This document shows, one piece after another, positions 48,363-55,725 of a stretch of 55,725 bases of DNA. A model generated the notes under the pieces. It did no database searches. It was not told the DNA's origin and saw only the letters and a program-made list of their open reading frames with translations. Origin of the DNA: Candidatus Hodarchaeota archaeon (lineage in GTDB: Archaea > Asgardarchaeota > Heimdallarchaeia > Hodarchaeales > Hodarchaeaceae); NCBI GenBank assembly GCA_029856365.1, contig JAHQWW010000013.1, forward strand, positions 1 through 55,725. Reading direction: 5' to 3'. Position 1 is the stretch's first letter, and every line of letters starts with the position of its first letter. Both the position numbers and the translations under genes were made by a program.

Positions 48363-49607
48363 ATGAATTTACTAGTTAAAAATGCTCTTACCCGAGACAG
48401 AAAATTAGTTAATATCTTAATCGAATATGGGATGATTAGAGAGATTACAAACAAGAAATTGAAAGAACCTGAACAAACTATTGATGCTAAGGGTTCATTA
48501 GTGACCAAAAGTTTTATCAGTCCTCACAATCACTTAGATAAAGTTCTAATTGGCGATATTATTGAATCAAATGAATCAGGGACACTTTGGGAAGCCATTC
48601 AAAAAACATGGGAGGTTAAAAGGAATTATACAGTGGAAGAAATTCAAAAGCGAGCCAATCAAGTTATTGATCAACAGATAAAGTATGGAGTCACCCATCT
48701 ACGGACCCATGTAGATATTGATTCCATTGGAAAACTTAGGCCTCTTCAAGGTCTCCTTGCGGTAAAAGAAGCCTATCGAGATATTATCGAACTGCAAATT
48801 GTTGCATTTCCTCAAGAAGGAATTCTGAAAGATGAAGGGACTGAAAACTTATTATATTCTGCAATGGAAACTGGTGCGGATTTAATAGGAGGTATGCCTC
48901 ATAACGAGTATACCCCTCAAGATTCTCAACGACATATTGATATTGTGTTTGATATTGCAAAACAGTTCAATGTGGATATCGATTCTCATACAGATGAAAG
49001 TGACGATCCTAATTCTCGCACATTACAATATCTAGCATCTAGCACTATTAAGCGCAATTATCGTGAACGGGTAACTGTGGATCATATTTGTTCTTTAGCT
49101 GCTCAAAATGACTATTATGCAAGTCGAATTATTGATTTAGTCAAGTTAGCAAAGATTAATGTCATTACAAATCCTGGTACAAATATGGTTTTACAGGGAA
49201 GATTAGACAGCTATCCTAAACGAGTCGGGATCACTCGTGTTAAAGAATTACTGAACGCTGGTGTAAATGTCACCTGTGGTCAAGATTGCATCAATGACCC
49301 ATATTATCCATTCGGAAAAGGAGATATGCTTGAAGTAGCATTATTACTTGGACATGCGGCGAAAATGACCACTCAATTCGAGATAGAAACCCTATATGAT
49401 ATGATCACCTATAATGCGGCAAAAACGATGGGAATTTCAGATCATAAGCTGATTGTTGGATCTCCTGCTGATATTGTCATTCTTCACGGTGTAAAAACTA
49501 TAAACGAAGCCATAAGAAAAACACCCCCAGCACGGACAACTATTAGAAAAGGAAAGATCATTTCTAAAACTTCAATAACAGAAAATCAGTTTTATGAATC
49601 AAAATAG
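48363..49607 (+). CDS. codA: Cytosine/creatinine deaminase family amidohydrolase
   Basis: PHNHLDK, SGTLWEAI..W, RTHVD, VAFPQEG, HTDE.DD, GQD...DP.YP.G. Start at the ATG 48363 preferred. Confidence 0.85.
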   Translation: MNLLVKNALTRDRKLVNILIEYGMIREITNKKLKEPEQTIDAKGSLVTKSFISPHNHLDKVLIGDIIESNESGTLWEAIQKTWEVKRNYTVEEIQKRANQVIDQQIKYGVTHLRTHVDIDSIGKLRPLQGLLAVKEAYRDIIELQIVAFPQEGILKDEGTENLLYSAMETGADLIGGMPHNEYTPQDSQRHIDIVFDIAKQFNVDIDSHTDESDDPNSRTLQYLASSTIKRNYRERVTVDHICSLAAQNDYYASRIIDLVKLAKINVITNPGTNMVLQGRLDSYPKRVGITRVKELLNAGVNVTCGQDCINDPYYPFGKGDMLEVALLLGHAAKMTTQFEIETLYDMITYNAAKTMGISDHKLIVGSPADIVILHGVKTINEAIRKTPPARTTIRKGKIISKTSITENQFYESK

Positions 49608-49942
49608 GGTAAAACTAGTAGCATTTTTCACTATTGAAATTATATTGTTGGGAACAATTTGACTTTCTCAAAATCCCATCTTTTGATAGTTCTCATTCTT
49701 TTCTTGTGTGATATACTGCTTTTGAAGATGTAGGTTTGATAGAGAAGGAAACAACAACCATAATAAATGTGAATACTAAAAAGAGTTAGACTCCTGTTAG
49801 GAGTACATATTTATTAACTCTAGAATTAATTATAATAACAATCACTATAACTTTACTCGGTAAAATGAACTTAAAAGAAGAATAATACGATTATCAGTCT
49901 TTATCCTTGCTTTTCTATTTAAAACTGAAATATGTTGTCTAT

Positions 49943-50434
49943 TTAACCAAAAAAAAAGAGTATTACAAACCATAGGATGATTAAAATTAGCTCTGGAATA
50001 ATACCTGTTCTTTTGTAAATTAAGTTGGGCATCCACATAAAGAGAGAAGAACGTACTTTATCCGCAATAGGGTGTAAATAGTATTGTTTCGCCCAATCAG
50101 GGTTGTTTTTTCTGGATGCAATGTTACGTAATGTATACCAATCCCATAAGTCAGGTAGATTGGCAAAAAGCATTCCAAGCCAGTAATTCCAAAAATGGAG
50201 AATAATTATCCCCAAACCTGTAAGATATACAAAAATATGCCACATGAGCCAAAAATTATCGTGTATCCTTTCTGGAGGATGATAAGTACTTCTCGAAAGT
50301 GCGTCTAAGAAGAAGTGTGAACAAAAAGCGATTATGATAACCAGCAGTACTGATAGCCAAGTAGGTGTTGGAATTATTATACTAATGATATACTGAATCA
50401 AAATACCAGCGATTAAATGTGTAGGGAGTTGCAT
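49943..50434 (-). CDS. Membrane-bound metal-dependent hydrolase-like protein (YdjM/DUF457-like)
   Basis: PTH at the N-terminus, SHFFLD, NLPD..D and LH, within TM helices. Start moved to MQLPTH at 50434. Confidence 0.6.
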   Translation of the reverse strand: MQLPTHLIAGILIQYIISIIIPTPTWLSVLLVIIIAFCSHFFLDALSRSTYHPPERIHDNFWLMWHIFVYLTGLGIIILHFWNYWLGMLFANLPDLWDWYTLRNIASRKNNPDWAKQYYLHPIADKVRSSLFMWMPNLIYKRTGIIPELILIILWFVILFFFG

Positions 50435-50490
50435 TATTAATTTTCCTTGATTTTCCTTCTTTATGTTATAATTCTCTAGAAATAGTAGGA

Positions 50491-51054
50491 TTAGCTTGAA
50501 AATTTTTGATATAAAAACCATATAGTACTTACTATCCAAAAAATAATTACAATTATAATTAATCCAAACTTAAAAGATGCGAAAATCGATGCTAACAAGG
50601 GAGAAAAGGGAGGAAAATTAGTTGGTGAATAAAGCATTAAAATGAGATTTAAATTCTCTATAGCATCAAAAAGAGCGGCTACAAAGGGAACCAAAGTCAT
50701 ATATAATCCAGCGAGTTGTATTTGCCCAGATAGGAGCTTGCGAGATATTAGTAGAGTTAAACACGCTAAAAATATTGAATAGGCTACTAGGAATCCATAA
50801 TCTATGAGGGTTACATTTAGTTCTTGAATTATAAGTTCTTCTGTCCAAGAGTCGAAGATTTGATTGATTTTTTCAACACTCCAAGCAAATTCTAATTCCA
50901 TCACTCCATATGGACTTGCAGCTTTCAGCGCTGCCTCTGTTGGGCGCATTAACATCCAGATAATAATGGATGCAACTGTAGATATTAAGGATAAAATTAT
51001 CACTGTGTTATGTGTTGGGGTCTTTTCCAACTTTTTTATGTAGAAATGATCCAT
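50491..51054 (-). CDS. Hypothetical 4-TM membrane protein
   Basis: Hydrophobic helices with the conserved-looking motifs ELEFAW, IDY.F..AY, FDAIEN and FKF. Confidence 0.7.
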   Translation of the reverse strand: MDHFYIKKLEKTPTHNTVIILSLISTVASIIIWMLMRPTEAALKAASPYGVMELEFAWSVEKINQIFDSWTEELIIQELNVTLIDYGFLVAYSIFLACLTLLISRKLLSGQIQLAGLYMTLVPFVAALFDAIENLNLILMLYSPTNFPPFSPLLASIFASFKFGLIIIVIIFWIVSTIWFLYQKFSS

Positions 51055-51055
51055 T

Positions 51056-51670
51056 TTATTGATCAGAACCGTTTTTCTGTTTAAACTCTAAGTATAATTT
51101 TTTCAGATAATTGGTTAATTCGTCAACAGCTTTTTCAATATCACCATCATTCTGAACTACTTTATCTGGAGGAAGCATGTCAATTTTATCGTACATTCGG
51201 ATTTTTCTTTCATTCAGAAGGTAGTCAGTTTCTCTCCCTCGATTTTTAATACGTTTTTCTGCAATATTAATTGGAACATCAATCAATACTATCTTTGATG
51301 CGGGGTACTTCTCACGAGCTTCATAGAGAATATTACGGGATACATTTACCAAGATAACTTCCCCTCGTTGAAGAGGAGCTTCAAGCAGTGTTCGCGGGCA
51401 TCCATACCAATTATTGTATACATTCCAAAACAAAGCATATTCTTCTCTTGATTTTTTTAGTAGAAATTCCTCCTCAGATATATAGAGAGATTCTTCTGTT
51501 TTATCAGGGATTCTTGTTATATTTCTTTGGAGAATGTTAACAGGAATTTGTTCTATAAAGAGATTATCTGAAGCTTTACGCATTATTGTATCTTTGCCGC
51601 TGCCTGATATTCCTACAATAAAGACCAGCAAATCACTAGCTATATGAGATTCTGTAGTGCTTGATTCCAC
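51056..51670 (-). CDS. PhnN-like ribose-1,5-bisphosphate phosphokinase (guanylate kinase fold)
   Basis: VGISGSGKDT, R.ITR, ALFW......YG, VNVSR, RGRE, NDG. W...YG and N.SR favour PhnN over Gmk. Confidence 0.7.
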   Translation of the reverse strand: MESSTTESHIASDLLVFIVGISGSGKDTIMRKASDNLFIEQIPVNILQRNITRIPDKTEESLYISEEEFLLKKSREEYALFWNVYNNWYGCPRTLLEAPLQRGEVILVNVSRNILYEAREKYPASKIVLIDVPINIAEKRIKNRGRETDYLLNERKIRMYDKIDMLPPDKVVQNDGDIEKAVDELTNYLKKLYLEFKQKNGSDQ

Positions 51671-51891
51671 TTTACCAAACCACGAAACAAGCTTGAAGAT
51701 CAGTAAAGCATAATCTTGTTATCTCATATCAAATTTAGTATCTCTTAAAAGTTAACTAAGTCTCTTCAGATTCTGTTGAAATTAAGATATCTCTGATCAG
51801 ATCAAGTGATTAAAACAAAAAATATAAGCAATTAATACAAGCATTATTCCCTATATGATTGGAAGTTGAATTCCAGACGATAGTGTGTTTT

Positions 51892-52431
51892 ATGACAAAG
51901 TTTATGTTTAAAATTGTTCTTATTGGAGATGGTGCAGTTGGAAAAACGTCAATTCGGCGACGATATATGGGCGAGGGCTTTGAGACGGATTTCCTTGCAA
52001 CAATGGGCGCAGATTTTGCGTATCTTGAGAATAAGATCAATGAAAATAAGATTAAATGGCAAATTTGGGATTTGGCGGGTCAACCAGCATTTAGAAATGT
52101 CATGAGAGCCTATTTTAAAGGTAGCATGGGAGCCTTAGCAGTTTATGATGTCTCTCAACCTAAAACATTGGAAGGTATTGATTCATGGATACAAGAAGCT
52201 CAATTCCATGCAGAGACATTTCCAGAACTACCCGTAGTTATAGTAGGAAACAAGATTGATTTAAGAGATGAAATTCCTAATTGCGTAAAGACAATTAATG
52301 GATTTATCAAAGCCAAATCTTTGAATGCAGAGTTCATTGAAACTTCTGCAAAAACGGGAGAGAACATCCCCGATGCTTTTACTAAACTAGCTCACCAGAT
52401 CATCTCAAAAACTAGTCTTGAAATCAAATGA
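51892..52431 (+). CDS. Rab-like small GTPase
   Basis: G1 GDGAVGKTS, G2 ATMGADF, G3 IWDLAGQ, G4 NKID, G5 TSAK. No C-terminal Cys motif. Start at the ATG 51892 preferred. Confidence 0.93.
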   Translation: MTKFMFKIVLIGDGAVGKTSIRRRYMGEGFETDFLATMGADFAYLENKINENKIKWQIWDLAGQPAFRNVMRAYFKGSMGALAVYDVSQPKTLEGIDSWIQEAQFHAETFPELPVVIVGNKIDLRDEIPNCVKTINGFIKAKSLNAEFIETSAKTGENIPDAFTKLAHQIISKTSLEIK

Positions 52432-52529
52432 GTATACAATTCGTATAGTAATCCGAAATTCTATGGAAAAAAAAGAAGGAGAGAGTAATGTTTTATTTGT
52501 TTTAATTCAGAATCATTTATACATTACAA

Positions 52530-53201
52530 TCAAGTGAGTGCCCATATTCCACCAGCTTCGTTGAGGAGAACCATTAGCAGCCCTTGAATAGTGAGGAGGC
52601 CGCAAAAAATGATAACAATTGGAGCCCAACTGATCAATTGTAATATCCTATCTATTGTGAACTCTGTAAACCTTGTAATAACGAATAAAATTCCAACGAT
52701 GAGCACAATTAGTAAAATCACGAGCCAAAGGGGGATATGAATGACATCTAGAACTTCTGGATCAGAAAATCCTCCACTAAAATCAGCAAAAAATAAAAAT
52801 AATCCAGCTAATGCTCCAAAAGCGAGTACAGCAATAATTGCTGCTATTGGTGTATCTTTAAGTGGTTCCGCAAGCATGGAGGAGCCAGCCAAAAAAATCA
52901 ATAATATTGTCAACCAATGAACCATTGTTACCTCTGGAGAATCTGGTAGAAATATATCGTCTAATGTCCATTCATAAATTGCCCAGAGGTTCACTAATCC
53001 TATCACTATGCTTGTACCCAAAGCCAAGTATTTCAGGATATCGGATTCGTCGTCTTTTGATTTTATTAGTTTATTTATACCATAAGCAAGGCCAACAATG
53101 CCTGCAATAATTACGATATAAGGTAATAATAGATCTAAGATACTTTCAAACATTTTAATCACTTCTCTAGTATACTTATAATATAAATCTTGTTTTTTCA
53201 T
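52530..53201 (-). CDS. Hypothetical 6-TM membrane protein
   Basis: About six hydrophobic segments. The true start is probably the internal MFESILD. Confidence 0.7.
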   Translation of the reverse strand: MKKQDLYYKYTREVIKMFESILDLLLPYIVIIAGIVGLAYGINKLIKSKDDESDILKYLALGTSIVIGLVNLWAIYEWTLDDIFLPDSPEVTMVHWLTILLIFLAGSSMLAEPLKDTPIAAIIAVLAFGALAGLFLFFADFSGGFSDPEVLDVIHIPLWLVILLIVLIVGILFVITRFTEFTIDRILQLISWAPIVIIFCGLLTIQGLLMVLLNEAGGIWALT

Positions 53202-53318
53202 TAATAATAATTAAGATTTGTCTTGGATTTCAAGTGATAAACATTCGATAGAAATCTCTACTTTTCTTTCAATATCCCCCTAAAAACGGAAACTTGAAGT
53301 TCCTATAATTACCGCTGC

Positions 53319-53966
53319 CTAGATTCCCCCAGAAATGATTTTATGAACCACTCTTTGATGATATTCGCGAACTAACGCCTGATCGTAATTAATTTCAATA
53401 TTAAACAACTGTGCTAAATTCACACACTTTATAATATTGTGTAAAAGAGAGAATTGGGAATCAGCGATTTCACCCAGACGTTTGATCCCAACACTGAAGT
53501 GGTTTGAGAGGTTATTGTCATTTCCGTTTGGAGTTTTATAAATGCACAATTGTACATAGGAGTCATAAAGCTGTTCAATAAGTTCTTCGAAATGATCAAC
53601 ATCAAGAACCTCTAGAATGGAAGAAATAGCAGTAATGAATAGGATATCTTCTGTGGCAAGTCCTTCTCTAAGAAATACATGCGTTTTATCATAAAAACGT
53701 CGCTGAACAGCTTTTGACTTAAGTTGCAAAGTTTCTCCTGCTTTTCCTAAAACCTTGTTGTAAGGCCTCAGATCTATTCCCTTCAGATTGCTACTAATTT
53801 TATATAAAAAGTTTGAAAACTGAATGAAAATACGTTCGGAACCCTGAACTTCAATTTTTAAGCGATAAGTGCGATCTGTAATGAGATTAGGTGGTATGAA
53901 AAACTGTTGGCTGACCAATTGCTTTATTACTTCATCCTTATGAATCGGATCTGTTCTCATGATCAA
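53319..53966 (-). CDS. Hypothetical protein
   Basis: 215-aa ORF with a GGTGG RBS-like element upstream; no recognisable motif. Confidence 0.65.
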   Translation of the reverse strand: MIMRTDPIHKDEVIKQLVSQQFFIPPNLITDRTYRLKIEVQGSERIFIQFSNFLYKISSNLKGIDLRPYNKVLGKAGETLQLKSKAVQRRFYDKTHVFLREGLATEDILFITAISSILEVLDVDHFEELIEQLYDSYVQLCIYKTPNGNDNNLSNHFSVGIKRLGEIADSQFSLLHNIIKCVNLAQLFNIEINYDQALVREYHQRVVHKIISGGI

Positions 53967-54109
53967 CCACCTAGGAAAGTTGTGTTGTCATGTAATATTT
54001 GATTATAATATTGAAAACCTAACTAGAAAATTTATTCGAGTTGATGTGAAAACCAATATTGATTAAAAATTAAAAAGACAACTCACCAGATTCTTAAAAT
54101 TATTATTTA

Positions 54110-55725
54110 TCAATTTTTTGGGAGCTTTTTTCGTATTCGATTATGAATTGATCGTGAAATAAAATCGTATAAACAACTAATTGAATTGTCAGATAAATTA
54201 AAATACTTGGTATAAAAGAGATCTATATCTGTCCGAATCTGTGAGAATTGTAACATTGAAACGCGATCCTTTTCCTGCATTAATCGCTTCATTAAGTTTA
54301 CAATTTGATTCTTTTCTGTCATTGCTTCAATTGGGATTTTTAGAGATTTTAACCAGTATACATTTGTGTCAAGCACACCATAGCCCATGTTAGTATTTCC
54401 TTTAGCTTCCATCTGAGCCCAAACTAAACTACTATTAAGGTAGGTGAAGATTAAAGGGAGGTATTCATTTTGTTTTAAGATTATTGCATAGAAACGCTGA
54501 TCTGGCATAGCTTGTGCTTGATTGTAGAAGCATCCTGGTTTATTATGATAGCTCTTAGTCCACAATAGGGAAGAAGTGGGATATTTGCCAAGAGAATACC
54601 AAAACTCCCTCTGTTTGACACTCCGAATTGAAGAGAACCCCTGAGTGTTTATCCCACTTTCTTTACCTTGTTTTATAGTTACAGGAGTAGTTTCTGCCCA
54701 TTTGATATATTTCCACGCTTCAGAGCCTTGTAATTGAGCTGGTGAATCAAGGCAATAAAAAAGCCATAAGCTTGAAATATTTGAAGAATGAATAACAAAG
54801 CCTTTGATATGAGCAGGACTCTTTATTAAGGGAACTAAATATTTCTGTTCGATCAACCCCTTATATCCAACTCGATTTTCGATGTAAACTTTTCCATCAA
54901 GTCTTTGTTTCTCAGTAACACGTTGAAGATGGAAGAAATCATTAGCCCCTGTCTTTATTCCAAATCTAACCTCCGTCAAAGAAGAGAGAGGTATGCCTTT
55001 TTTCCCAATTCTCCTTAATAATTTCCGTTCTGAACCTGATGTCCGGAGAAACATTCCAGCCCATTTATGTGTTTGGTTTAATAGTTCTAGCGTTATAGTC
55101 TCTGTTCGATAATACTGATCTTCATACATTTTCCGCTTAATGATACCTTTTTCTAACGAGGAGAAAGGAATCTCGGAAAAGTCTACTTGAGCTTCTGTGA
55201 AGGTGCCACCTAAAAATTTGGCTTTCTCGATTGGGGATTTTTCAGCAATAAGGATAATAGAGTTAATCCCAAGCTGATTCCATAATCGCTTCCCACTTCT
55301 ATAGATGATTTCGAAGTTGCCAATCTTTTTATCAGGATCTAATAAAAATTTCTGGAGAGTTTGACCATACTTCACCTCAAGCCAAGCATTACTGGTTAAA
55401 AACGCTAATATCCCTCCATTTTCAAGTAGAAACAAACTCATTAAGGTAAAATAGATGTAAAAATCGCTTTTCCGATCAAAAAACGTATCACCATAAGGTA
55501 ATTCATCGATTCGAGTTTGTAACGCTCTCTTATACTCGAGGGGATGATCAACACCAATATCTTCATGTCTTACCCACGGAGGGTTTCCTATAATCAGATC
55601 AAACTTCTGATTATAGATCTTTTCATGAAAAAAAAAGTCTCCTTCGATTACACTGTCAAATTCTAGTGAAATTGGAGGTATTGTTTTTTCTGCTTTATTT
55701 AACATTGAAGTATTTGATATTATAT
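54110..55725 (-). CDS. N6-adenine DNA methyltransferase with target-recognition domain (Eco57I/TaqI-like), 5'-truncated by the window edge
   Basis: GDFF, FDLIIGNPPW, DFY.YF, L...G.L.F.TS, GIKTGANDFF, LNSS. The frame stays open to position 55725 and motif I is not in the window. Confidence 0.85.
   Translation of the reverse strand, partial: IISNTSMLNKAEKTIPPISLEFDSVIEGDFFFHEKIYNQKFDLIIGNPPWVRHEDIGVDHPLEYKRALQTRIDELPYGDTFFDRKSDFYIYFTLMSLFLLENGGILAFLTSNAWLEVKYGQTLQKFLLDPDKKIGNFEIIYRSGKRLWNQLGINSIILIAEKSPIEKAKFLGGTFTEAQVDFSEIPFSSLEKGIIKRKMYEDQYYRTETITLELLNQTHKWAGMFLRTSGSERKLLRRIGKKGIPLSSLTEVRFGIKTGANDFFHLQRVTEKQRLDGKVYIENRVGYKGLIEQKYLVPLIKSPAHIKGFVIHSSNISSLWLFYCLDSPAQLQGSEAWKYIKWAETTPVTIKQGKESGINTQGFSSIRSVKQREFWYSLGKYPTSSLLWTKSYHNKPGCFYNQAQAMPDQRFYAIILKQNEYLPLIFTYLNSSLVWAQMEAKGNTNMGYGVLDTNVYWLKSLKIPIEAMTEKNQIVNLMKRLMQEKDRVSMLQFSQIRTDIDLFYTKYFNLSDNSISCLYDFISRSIHNRIRKKLPKN

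Noticed and set aside
49790-49804. Hairpin ACTCCT-GTT-AGGAGT
   Set aside because: Only a 6-bp stem with no U-tract or second copy; insufficient evidence.
49845-50036. 63-aa ORF overlapping the 49943 gene
   Set aside because: It is an alternative-frame overlap of a better-supported gene and has no motif.
3743-53110. The many 60-110 aa ORFs nested in or antisense to long genes (e.g. 3743, 5093, 11896, 18142, 28495, 40867)
   Set aside because: They lie within well-supported genes and have no motifs; they are typical shadow ORFs.
1-55725. CRISPR array, tRNA or rRNA genes
   Set aside because: No regularly spaced 25-40 bp repeats and no GC-rich cloverleaf or rRNA-like block were seen by eye in any intergenic gap. 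A covariance-model scan would be needed to exclude small RNAs.

Overview
AT-rich, gene-dense chromosomal segment, most likely from an Asgard archaeon of the Heimdallarchaeia/Hodarchaeales type. The assignment is inferred from a prenylation-less Rab-like GTPase, longin-like proteins, a Heimdall-CTERM/PGF-CTERM-like sorting tail, a TAT-less reductive dehalogenase and GGAGG/GGTGA-type ribosome-binding sites. Left to right it holds: (1) an RHH-RHH-wHTH + ParA/MinD pair; (2) an acyl-CoA cluster (CoA-transferase-GNAT fusion, ADP-forming acyl-CoA synthetase, Pta-N/DRTGG protein); (3) a longin-like gene and a truncated DUF362-like remnant; (4) rdhA with a D-2-hydroxyacid dehydrogenase; (5) a solo TnpB element immediately upstream of a five-gene nurA-herA-mre11-rad50-DUF1998 helicase operon whose Rad50 has no zinc hook; (6) a large membrane-anchored subtilase resembling eukaryotic site-1 protease; (7) an AAA ATPase with REase-like and wHTH domains; (8) larE with a GHMP kinase; (9) two tandem Mrr/Rpb5-jaw-like genes; (10) a membrane protein carrying a split Vps62/NPP1-like motif set; (11) two convergent glutamine synthetase paralogues sharing a 45-bp near-identical inverted tract; (12) penicillin acylase and nucleoside salvage genes; (13) a GNAT + Cys-less thiolase + DUF35 operon; (14) a Rab-like GTPase and the 3' part of a DNA methyltransferase cut by the window edge. 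No rRNA, tRNA or CRISPR array was recognised. All family assignments come from motif reading by eye and from recalled family sequences; no database search was run.
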